This document shows, in pieces, positions 11,750-22,700 of a stretch of DNA of 64,000 bases. The stretch is from assembly GCF_008831285.2 (NCBI RefSeq), contig NC_045138.2, positions 26,350,001 to 26,414,000 on the forward strand, in the 5' to 3' direction. Source of the DNA: Nymphaea colorata. Lineage: Eukaryota. The notes under the pieces were generated by a model. That model had not been told where the DNA came from and did no database searches. It was given only the letters and a program-made list of their open reading frames with translations. The first letter of the stretch is position 1; each line of letters begins with the position of its first letter. A program made the translations under genes and the position numbers.

Positions 11750-14239
11750 CTAGAAGTAGTCGAAGTGTGCAGGAACCGTGTAAGCTGCATCCCTCTGCAC
11801 TTGGTTCCCCTGTGGCTTGCCTCTGCTGCTGCTGCTCTTGCTCATCAGTTGAGACGGCACTTCCGGTGGTCTAACCGATCTGATCAGTGCCCAGTTGACG
11901 CCTCTGAAAAACTCGTGACTCTTGATCTCCACAGACCCTTTCAGGAACCCAATTCTCTTTTTTGGGTTCTTCATCAACAGTTTGCTTATCAAGTCTTGGG
12001 CTCTCACCATCTCATCAAAGTCACTGCATCCGGCAACAATCTTTTGGAAGCTCAGAGGCTGCTTGATTATGTTGATCAGTGTTTTCTCATTGTTGTCACC
12101 TCTAAACGGTGTTCTCCCATACAGCATCTCATACAAGAACACTCCAAAGGTCCACCAGTCTACGGCGCTGCCATGACCCATTCCCGAGATCACCTCCGGC
12201 GCCAAGTACTCATGCGTGCCGACGAATGATTTCGACCTAGCATTAATGGGTTCGACGACCACCTCCGGGCTCGGTTCCTTTGCAAGCTTTTTCACAGTGG
12301 TGGTGGTGGAGGAGGCGGTGTTCGTGGTGGTAGTGGTGGTGGTGGTGCTCATGGTGGTGGCAGTAATAACAGTGATATGCTTCGGGTTCTTTCGAGATCC
12401 ATTAACACCTTTAGCCACAGAGAAGCATGAGATTACAGGCTGCATAGGTAGTGCACAAGAGTAGGCATGATCTGCAACTTCACATTGCTGCTCGGCAGAA
12501 TCTTCATCTGTGCTCGGCTTCGGCTTGAGGAGTTTCGGAACCACATCGCATTTGAGGGAGAGGTCGAAATCAGAAAGCATTATGTGCCCATCTTCCCGAA
12601 CAAGCACATTTTCAGGCTTCAGGTCTCTATAAACCACTCCCATCATATGCAGATACTCCAGGGCTAACAGCACCTCTGCCGCATAGAACCTGGTTTGCAT
12701 TAATGAAACCAAACGATATTAGCATCTCTCTTATGGAGACTCAGTGACAACATATGATTAGACCTGCAAACGTATTACTACTTGGAACTTAAGAATTCAA
12801 CCAACAACTACCCCAAACAGGTTTCGACCACTTACCAGTTTAAACTCAGATCTTGTGAATGCTTTTATCCGCAAACTTATTTATATACAGGGATCCTGGA
12901 TCCTTCCAACCTCATCTTTTTTGTGTCACCTTGTTATAATGAGACCATGAAATCTCATTCTTTTCTTTTTCTTTTTCCCTTTAGGAAGCAGGAGGTGGAT
13001 TGTGGGCCCAACAGAGTCTTTATCTTTGAGTGGGCAGTCTAGGTTTTGGGTTTGTCACACTTCTGATAATTCTGATCCCTCAGTTGGGCGATTCAGTCCA
13101 AATCATTATATGCTTCGTTTTTTTCTCTATTTTTCCATTAAAGGAACTCCTTTTTATACTTCCATGAACTTGAAGGGTCTCTTCCTTAATGATTAAACGT
13201 CATGAACCCAGATCATGCTCAGAAAGGCAAGGAGTCAAGGTTCATAAAGTCGAATCAGGGCCTTTACCTCATCATTTTTTATACTTCCATTTCCACACCC
13301 ATCTCATTTTGGGATTTTTTTTTTCTTTGGAGGCAACCAACTTTCATCTGATCTTTATCATGCTTGGGTTGTTTAAAGTGTGAAAGTGCTCATCTTCTGC
13401 TGACTAAAATGTCGGTTTAGTAAAGAATCGAATCCAACTCTGACCTCTTTTTTAGCTTGAAGAAATTAGGCCGAGCCACTCGTCATGATTTCGTCAAACC
13501 AGAAAGAGGGTCACAATCTTAGTTACAAGGCGATGGCATCCTAAAATTTTACAGGGAAAAGTCACAAATGCAGAGAAATTAAAGAGAAGAAGGTGGATAG
13601 ATAGTTACAGGGTCGTAGATTTTGAACTTACTTGGCGGAGGAAACGGAGAACCGCCTGTTTGGCTGACGCTGCCGGACGGTGTGGAGGTCACCACCAGGG
13701 CAGTACTCCATGACCAAGCACGAGTAATGCGAGGCCTCGAACTGCGCATAAAGCGTCGGGAGGAAAGGATGGTCCAGCGTCGCCAGTATCTCCTTCTCCA
13801 TCTCCGCTCTCTGCAGCTTGTTCCTCACCACCAACGCCTCCCGATCCACTACCTTCATGGCGTAGAGGCATGTGGAGAAAAAGGGGTAGCGCAGCTGGCA
13901 GAGGTAAACATTGCCTATGTCGCCGCTGCCCACCCGCCGGAGGAGGCGGAAATGGTCGAGTCCCACCGTACCTTTCTCTCTCCTCAGCAGCTTCATCGCT
14001 TCCCACGCCGCTTGATTTGCCTTATGGGGCTTGCCTACCGTGATGCTAACAGATGCCGGCTTACGAACAGAGGCGGTCGAGCTCGAGCTACTGAAACTCA
14101 AGTCGCTGATGCGGCTGTTGGTGCTCGAGTTCTGGCCGGTGGTGGTAGTAGCAGCGGCGGCGGCGGCGGTGGTGGTACCGGAAGACGAGCCGCTGCTCTC
14201 GTACTCGTCGTCTTCAGGACACCTGGTAGTCATTGCCAT
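11750..14239 (-). CDS. PID2: AGCVIII Ser/Thr kinase, PINOID2-like, about 515 aa
   Basis: Exons 14239-13632 and 12689-11750 (1548 nt). Motifs [27 protein letters not shown], the DFD (not DFG) of AGCVIII kinases, a T-loop insertion, [14 protein letters not shown] and C-terminal FDYF (FxxF). Confidence 0.92.
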
Positions 14240-14244
14240 CCTCC

Positions 14245-14283
<39 letters not shown>

Positions 14284-16234
14284 TCTCTACGCGACTGTAG
14301 TCTCGGTCCGAGTTAAAATAGCGGGAGTGGTCGTCTTCTCCAAATGATGAAAGGGGCCGGAAACGTGTCAGCTTTGTCTTTCAAGTTATCTTCCGTGATG
14401 ATGATGATGGTCCTTCTCCTTTATTAGCTTGTGTTTTAAATCTAAATTTCCTTGTAAAATCTTAAATCTGTATATCTCGAACAGTTCAAGGCGAGATGAG
14501 CTTTGGTAGTAACTGTTACTACCGGAGGAAGGGTTTAAAAATTGGTGCAGAAAGCATAATTGGCACAGAGAGAGAGAGAGAGAGAGAGCAGAGCATTGAA
14601 AGAAAGAAAAAGAGTTAACAAAGTTTTGCTAAGAAGAAGAAATAGACTTTTGAATCAAACCTCATCTCATCCTCTCCTTTTTTTGTGGAAAAGAGATCGA
14701 AGATACATTTCAATTAATCTTAGTAGCATCAAAAGCAAACTACTACAAAATAACATGTCACGTGTCCTTGCAAACGAGCCTATAAGCTATACAACAAAAG
14801 GTTTTAAGACTATGGCATTATGTGGAAAATGAGAGGTGGTCGTTGCCTGGAGCTTCTGAAAAAGAGAAAAGGAAAGGGCATACGCATGTCCTCGTGCCTT
14901 GAACAATGAAAAAGATGGCTGACTGCCCCTTCTTCTTTTAACTCTTTTGCGGAGTTTTTGTCAATTTCCAGTTAAAAGGGAGGGGGGTGGTGGGAAAAGG
15001 ATTTCCCACGTAACGCCTGCGTCTTCTTTAACTACAGTGGGTGGTGCTCGTCAGTCGTCCCATCTGTCCCCTGTGACACAAATTAGGGAAAGCAAGGACT
15101 TCTCTTGCCTACGGCGACGGCTGTGCTGCTGTCTATTTCCATGGAGAAATGAGATCAATCACCTAAGGACTGTGATAGCGATTACTTTCCAGACGTCTTT
15201 TCATAACCTGCTGTTGCTGAAACTTGAGTATGCGCTTACGAAAGCATTCTCACACCTAAAGATGTTAGATCTAAGATTCTAAGACCCAACCAGAGTGCAT
15301 TTCTTAGTCTGTTCATCCCCAGCTTGCTGGTCTCAATGAAAGGAAGGAAAGTTTGAAAAGGCGAATTAGATTTTAGTCGAGAGAATCCCTGTACCATGAA
15401 AAAACAAACCATGCTGAGTTCACCATTTGGCCAAAAATGCCAGCTTCAAATATATGACCAGATCTTTACAAATCATTGCCTACAAAAACCATTTCTCTCT
15501 CTCTCTCTCTCTCTCTCTCCATATCATTCATGTTATGAATCCCTCTGGAACGAGTTGGCCTGCTCGCTCCCACTTTTTTCCTGATTCCTTCCACACGACT
15601 CACCATATCCGTGTACCGTTCATTACCAACAATGCACGATCATAGCCATGCACAAAATCAGAACTCAAGCAATTCAAGAAGTAATGACCCATACGGCTTT
15701 TCAAACAAATATACGACGGAACCGCACCGTCACCTGGCCGGCCAATGCAATCACCACAACACGCTATAAATGGACCCCAAACCATTAAAGCAAAGGGTCA
15801 TCCCTATAAAAGAAAAAGATGTTAAGGAGGTGACTCTTCATTAACAAACACGTCCACAGAAAACCTAAAGAAATGAACAAGGTTAGCAAGAAAGCTACAG
15901 CAACGAAGCATCAATTGGAGAACCATGACTTTTAGATCCACAGGTAGGGATTTTCTCAAGACGAATGGTAGCTTCTACAATGAGGACCCAAAAATGAAAA
16001 ATTTCTACCTGCAGAATATCATTCACATTTCATTAATTTAATAGTAGGCCGCTACTGAAAGAAAAACACATTTTTCTTTCTCTCATCAAGCATCGAGGAA
16101 ACAAATCCTGTGTGAAACTGATTACAACTACTACACTTCAGAAATCAACGGCACAGGATGTGCCAGGGAACATCAAGAGTATGAGAAGCAACAGCCCAAC
16201 CCTCCAAAAGAGGTTTACAAGGGAACAAATTAGT

Positions 16235-17329
16235 TTAGATCTCATCCGAGGTCCCAGGCCTGTCCCCATCTTGCTGCCTAGGGGATCCTGACACACCTTC
16301 CCCATTGTTAGCCGTACTGCTATTTGCACTGGCACCTCCTACTTCCTCGTAACTCTCTCCCCAGAGACTCCGCCTGGCTACTGGAGCAGAGGTTGTTCTA
16401 CGACGTGTCCTTGTCACTCCTCTGTATCTAGATGGGAACACCCACTCCCTGTTGAGAGGGGATCCCGGCCGGAATACTCTGAACAGAAGAAGCACAGTCC
16501 ACCAGTTGCCTTCATCACTAGGAAGCTCAACCTCATGCCCCGTAAGGTCACTCTCCCCATCAACCTCAAAGGAGTCCTCAAACATCAGTGCTCCAGGCAT
16601 TGCCGAGCGAATGGTGCTTAGAACATCTCCCAGATCTCTTTGTCGTTCCAAACGCCTCCAATCACGCTGCCGGTCTGGGTCCACTTCTGATGGACGGGCA
16701 AGTGGGTGTTCATGTCTTGCATGCTTCCTGAGATCTGAATATGTGCCACTATATGTACAAGATTCCTGTGCACAACTCCTGGTCTTTGTGTTCATGAAAC
16801 GGCGTGCAGACTCCACTACAATCCATCCATTTATCTCTCCACGGCAAAGCGGGCAAGAAAGCTTTGGCATTTCCTGGTGCTCACAGATTGCATCCGCAGC
16901 TTGCTGACCATCTTGGGCTGCATGAACATCTGAATCAGTAACCCTGTCCCTTTGATCGGTTGAATGAGAAGAGGAAGCTCTTAATGGCCATGCCTCTGAA
17001 AGATTTTCTACATGGGTGACGAATGCAGGTGATAGGGAAGCAGATTCAGTAAATGCTTTACGGAACTGATCAAGACAATTTGAATGGCGATAGCTGGTAT
17101 CACACATGTAAGGACGGCAGCCTTTGTCATGGGAAGAACATAAAAGCAGCACAGCATTATGGGGATGCTCCATGCAGACAGGGCATCGCACTTCTTCCCA
17201 TTCCTTTATGTCTTCCACTTCTGTGGGATTTCTTGATGAAGATCGCCTACTGCGACTAGAGCTACAATGAAAAGGAGACGGCCTGCATCTGTGAAGAGAG
17301 GTAGAACGGTCTCTTCTTTCCTTTGGCAT
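16235..17329 (-). CDS. DUF1644 (SIZ1-like zinc-finger) family protein, 364 aa, single coding exon
   Basis: EWEEVRCPVCMEHPHNAVLLLCSSHDKGCRPYMCDTSYRHSNCLDQF, LSCPLCRG and DPDRQRDWRRLERQRDLGDVLS are typical DUF1644 blocks. Confidence 0.92.
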   Translation of the reverse strand: MPKERRDRSTSLHRCRPSPFHCSSSRSRRSSSRNPTEVEDIKEWEEVRCPVCMEHPHNAVLLLCSSHDKGCRPYMCDTSYRHSNCLDQFRKAFTESASLSPAFVTHVENLSEAWPLRASSSHSTDQRDRVTDSDVHAAQDGQQAADAICEHQEMPKLSCPLCRGEINGWIVVESARRFMNTKTRSCAQESCTYSGTYSDLRKHARHEHPLARPSEVDPDRQRDWRRLERQRDLGDVLSTIRSAMPGALMFEDSFEVDGESDLTGHEVELPSDEGNWWTVLLLFRVFRPGSPLNREWVFPSRYRGVTRTRRRTTSAPVARRSLWGESYEEVGGASANSSTANNGEGVSGSPRQQDGDRPGTSDEI

Positions 17330-20021
17330 GTTAATGCTATAACTGTTATCACAAGGGGAAAAATGTCACTTGCATGCTTGCAACTTATACAATTAGAGCA
17401 CATCTCAAGACCAAGAATGGACCTGAATATGGGCAACAGATACATGAGTCAGCTGTATAAGTTAAGACCCGATATGCACATGTCAATACGAATCATGGTT
17501 ATATTTTCAATCCAAAAAAAATCTCTTGTCAATTTCTCACAAGTAGAAACAGTGTAACAAGAAACATGCGATGTTACAAGCATGGAAACCATCTTTGGCA
17601 CGAAACCAAGTAATTTGGATCGTACCACACTACCAATGGCCAAGGAAGACCCTTATGGTTTTACTAGGCTAAAATACGATGAAAGCAGGAGGTTTTACCA
17701 TGAAATGTAGAAAGCCAAAAGAACAAAAAGGAACCCATGATCAACACACCATACAAAGTTTTGTAACATGGCAAATCAACAGTAGGCATAGGAAACCAAA
17801 TCAAACAACAGATAAATAGTTTGGTTGCCACACAATCCCGATAGTTTGCATTTAATAAAAACTAACGTTGAACATAAACAATACAGAGTTGTTCTTCTTC
17901 CTTGATATTGCTTTCAAATAGCATTCTCATAAATCTCTCTGAAGGATCCTTCCATTTATGAGACACCGTATTTGATTCCCATAACAATTACACATTAACA
18001 CTGAAAATTACTATTTCACGTGTATCCAGTGCATATACACCAATACTTGCTAACAGTAGGTTAACCAAATAAAAAAAATTTTGAAAGGGGAAGAAGAACA
18101 CAAGTCATTAAGCAGGAAAAAGGGCTGGGCAGCTGTAAACAGCATTTGACTTTAAGAAATTACTGAACCATATTGAGTGCCATAAAATGGGGGAAAAAAC
18201 CAAAAAAGAAAAGATGAATATTTACAAATAGCTGATCAGTTTCATATCCTTAGTTTTTAAATTTTTCTTAGTCATAGTTGTCCATTCATAATGAAATCCA
18301 ACTCACCAACATAACAGCAAAAAAGAAACGTTGAGAATTAGATCAGCCAAAAACAGAGGTCGGACAAGAACCATTGTAGCTCTTACCGTTGGTAAAGAGA
18401 AAACCATATAGGACTTAAGGACATAGCACCATACCATATAGCAGCTAATATATAAAAGATACAACAATGACAAGAAAATCTATTCCCAAATTACCAGTCA
18501 CTGTCTATACAGTAAGTAATAAGATCAGTGCTGGGTTGAACTAAAAAAAATCACTGTACTGCAAAAGGGAACAGTTAAAACTAAAAGTGATGCACCACAA
18601 TTTGTTGTAATCACTAATCCTGAAAAGCTTCATTGGAGTCCAACGTATGTCTCTACTTCTGCTGAAAGCAACCAAAATAGAGGGTACAGACTGTCTGGAC
18701 CCCTCAATCTCAGACAAAGAAAACCTGGACTTGTCTATCGAGCTAGTTAGGCAATATGCCGATATTCTATCTCTTAACACCATTAAAGCTCTTATTTCAG
18801 GCAACATGGACAGAAATTTACTGATGCAGTTCCAAACAAAAGCTACTCCAATTTAGAGGCAAAGAAAAATCACTTGCAATGAGCGTGACTGTTCAGAGCC
18901 AATCCAAAAAGAAATCTCTTCCTTTCAATTTCTTTCTTCAATAGTTGACTCTTCATGCTCTTTTCCTTCTTCAATCATTGAAAAATATTAATTACTTAAG
19001 ACGTAGCCAACAAATGGTCTACAAAATCTGACCACTCTAGCAGAAGATCAATTGCTTCCTCACATGGTACTGAGTGGACAGCACTGATTATCTGGCCACT
19101 CCATGGAATTTTGCTTAAACAATAGTGACCTAAACAGACCATAATCTATAGTACGGAAAAAAAACACACCACCACTACATAGTCACCTTCATCTGAAACT
19201 CCAGTACAGTAGAAAGTCCATAACCCAGGATCCTCAAATTCTTCCAGCATAATAAGTAGAAACCTGTGCTGCCATCAAAAAGTCAGTACTTTCCTAGCTT
19301 TGTATTAGAAAATAGGGGTCAGTGGCAACCAGACCACTCTATCTGTTTGTGATTTCTGGCAAATTGACTATAAGGATCTAACAATCAAGTACCTAAAAAT
19401 GGCTTTGTAGATGAAGCATAGATAACAGCACCCAGCAGGGCCAGCACAATAGAGAATAGGCAAACAAACCTCAAACGGCTAGTTTGAGCATAAAACTAGA
19501 AAAAGAGAAATTCTGACATGATTAATGATACTTGAAAATAGTTGAAATCATCCTAAATGAAATATTTAGCATGTGAAAAAACCCTGCAGCATCGATCGTT
19601 TAAAGAGCAGAACTGTACCACATAAAGACATATGGACACAAGAAATCATCAGAATTGATGCAAATATTGGAAGTTCACAAAAAACATTAAACCATCAGAG
19701 AAAAATTAGAATAGCAATAAAGCCACTACATATCCATATGTTTGGACATTCTTTTTTTCATGCTTATACGCAGGCAAGAATTGAGTAATAATACATAGGA
19801 TTGACTGCAGCGTTTGCATTTGCCCATATTTCTCCAATGACATGAAAAAAAGTCCTACTATATGGTGGCTAGATAAAAGCATGCTATTTGTGTCACATCA
19901 AGCCATTAAAAGGTATGCACTTAACCGAAACTTTTTCCTTCAAAAAACCAGCAATGACATCTAAGGATGACAGAAGAGGAAGGTGGATAGTGTATACTGT
20001 AAATCCATATGCCTGTGCCCA

Positions 20022-20715
20022 TAGGGCTGCACACGATCTGAGTCAAGCCCGACTTGGCCACCTCGAGCTCCTTATAGCAAGCTCAAGCTCAACTCGACTA
20101 CACAAAATCGAGCTCGAACCCAACTCGTTCGTTTAGCGTTAACTCGTGTAAGCATTAACTCATTAACTCGTATAAGCATTAATTCGTGTAACTTGTTTAA
20201 CTCATGTAAGCATTAACTCGTGTAAGTATTTAACTCGTGTAAGCATTAACTCGTGTAACTTGTGAAATTTTACTTTTAGAGCTCGAAGTCGAGTTGAGCT
20301 CCTTATAGCAAGCTCGTGTAAGCGTTAATTCGTGTAAGCGTTAATTTGTCTCCTTATAGCGTTAACTCGTGTAAGCGTTAATTCGTGTAAGCGTTAATTT
20401 GTGTAACTCGTTTAACTCATGTAAGCATTAACTCGTGTAACTCGTGTGTAAGTATTTAACTCATGTAACTTGTGAAAATTTGCTTTTACCCTAAAAGTTA
20501 AAACCGATGATTCGGTGAACCGGTTTTGGCAATATTATATGGAGTACCGGTTTGTGGGTCGACTCGAGCATAAATTACTCGAGTTCCTAAAACTCAAACT
20601 CGACTAGTTTTGTAAGCTTGACTCGAGTTGTTTCTAAACAAGTCGAGCACGAGCCAAATTTTTTCGAGCGAGTTCGAGTTGAGCCCGAGTTGGCTCCGCT
20701 CGTTGTGCAGCCCTA
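20022..20715. mobile_element. hAT-type MITE with an internal tandem motif array
   Basis: TIRs TAGGGCTGCAC / GTGCAGCCCTA; 8-bp flanks TGTGCCCA and TGTGTCCA (7/8 TSD); internal array of TAACTCGTGTAAGCAT-like units at about 20138-20470. Confidence 0.9.
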
Positions 20716-20944
20716 TGTGTCCACATGAATAAGAGATTAGACATAGAAGAGTTTTACTTAGTAGACAAGCAATGAACCTTGAATGGAAGAAGAATATACA
20801 ACCATTTCTCCATCTATGGATAAAGAAGCACTGGTTGGTTAGCATATCATCTGGATTCTTTATCAGCTCAAAGGAACATAGAACAGAAATTTCTCATGCA
20901 CAAGCATCAATTTCTCATGCACGCACACACACACACACAGTCGA

Positions 20945-21426
20945 TGACAATCTGGAAGGAATCTAAGAGTCGAAATTAAATATTTAGAGAAAATCAACAT
21001 TCAAAAGTAAAATCACAGGAAAAACAAAAAAAGACAACTCAGAGTCTTCATTAGAGCATAGAATTCAAATACAAGACTAGAAAATTGCATTCCTGCTTCT
21101 AGTATCAACCTTCGATTTTCATACATCCCATACTATAAAAATCTAGTGGATATCATTCCCGAGAGACACACAAAGGGAAGGCATAGAATGACAATCTGAA
21201 AGGGCTCTAAGAGTGAGATTAAAACAACTCAGTTTTGTTAAAGAAAATCCATAAACTAACAGAAAACATTCAGAACTAAAACAAAGTGGTGAGATGGGGA
21301 AAATTAAAATCAACAAAGAAAATAACAATTCAAACAATCTCATTTTTCATTGAAACATAGAATTCAAGTGCAAATCTAGAAATTTTCATTCCCGTTTCTA
21401 ATATCAGCCTTGTATTTTCAGACATC
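20945..21426. repeat. Diverged local duplication in the intron
   Basis: TGACAATCTG..TCTAAGAGT at about 20945 and 21190; CATAGAATTCAA..CTAGAAA..TTTTCA(T/G)ACATC at about 21057 and 21356. Confidence 0.65.
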
Positions 21427-22607
21427 AAACCTAGCAGATGCCATTTTAAAGAAATCATCAGCATCGGAATTGGAAACAAAATGCCCAGCATACATTCATT
21501 ATTCTGACCAAAATATCTTCTCATTCTGGGTAAACTGAAACAGGTAAATATGGCAAGACAAATAAGTAGAGAAGGCAGGAGCACACGTCCGAAACCGAGG
21601 AAACAGCACAAAGCAACATGATGAAACTTAAAGATTTAGAAAGGCAAAAAGTGCAAGAAGGATTAGACATGTTTTTGCTCAGTTCACAAAAGAAACTACA
21701 AGCACACCCAAACGAGAAACTCAGACTAAACGTCCAACAAAGTCTTGCTTCAACAAGCCTATGACCCACATGTCCATTCTCAAGTCGAAAGTGTAGTTGT
21801 CCCGGTCATATATAGCACAATTTCAATGAACAAGATTGAAGGACACCGTGCCACAATCCATTTGGCCACGGAAGAATACAGATTCACACAAAAACTACGG
21901 CCCAAAGAAAAGAAAAAAAAAACATTTCCCAGTAAAATTAAAATATCCCAATCAGGATACAGTCCATGCCAACAATGACCCATCCGCAGCTGAATTTTGT
22001 CACGTCGTGTAGATCATGAGGATCAACCAAAACAAGGTACCAAAAAAAGAAGATTCCGTTTATCAGATGGGGATCGATAGATCAGAGTCGAATCATCGAA
22101 TCCCTGAAAACCTCCAAACATACACAATCTCGTCATTGAAAAGAAAACACGCAAAGTCAGAACCTCGATACCGGTTCCCAATACAGGTAGAGGCCAACCA
22201 AATGACCAAATCTAAATACTCGAATCCAGCAGCCAACAAGGGAGTGCCACAAAGTCGGCAAACAAAAAAATCAAAATGGGGAAAAAGAGAAGGAAAAAGA
22301 GCGCCGCCCAGATTCGAAACCCTTACCAGATCCTTGTTCGATGGTCCTGATCTTTGTCTTGGGGAAGAAAGTCACACCGAAGGGAGAACTCTGAGTTTTA
22401 GGGCGGCTACTCCCGTCCCTTCCTCCTCCCTTGAAGAGAAAGAGAGAAGAGAACGCGAGAGAGAGAGAGAGACAGAAGGGAAAGGCGAGGAAGGGGAAAC
22501 GACACTACGGGCAGCTATTTATTCTGACGAAGTTGCTGAGCTGGCAGCTGACGTGGAAGAGCATGGTCCGTAGAGCCTCCAATAACACGACCATGAGCCG
22601 GTTCCTC

Positions 22608-22700
22608 TATCTTTCTCTCCCTTTAACGGCGGCTTTTATCTTTCTCTCTCTTTCTATATCTTTCTCTCCCTCTAACGGCGGCTCTTATCTTTCTCTCTCT
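22608..22700. repeat. 49-bp tandem duplication containing TAACGG (MSA-like) cores upstream of the DUF1644 leader
   Basis: TATCTTTCTCTCCCT(T/C)TAACGGCGGCT(T/C)TTATCTTTCTCTCTCT at 22608 and 22657. Confidence 0.8.

Larger units (their letters stand above)
17343..22326 (-). other. Probable 5-kb 5'-UTR intron of the DUF1644 gene
   Basis: Donor TG|GTAAGG at 22326 follows a CT-rich leader (22327 to about 22500). Acceptor AACAG| at 17343 lies 13 nt before the ATG. The interval is T-rich on the minus strand and has no coding potential. Confidence 0.6.

Noticed and set aside
13622..14347. 241-aa ORF antisense to PID2 exon 1 (also the antisense ORFs at 11705-12229 and 16452-16907)
   Set aside because: Shadow ORFs of GC-rich coding exons, with non-ATG starts and no recognisable motifs.
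20138..20470. Regular short repeats superficially like a CRISPR array
   Set aside because: No unique spacers, eukaryotic context, and the array lies inside a TIR/TSD-bounded MITE.
22016..22573. 185-aa + strand ORF
   Set aside because: Low-complexity translation of the GA-rich antisense strand of the DUF1644 leader and intron start.
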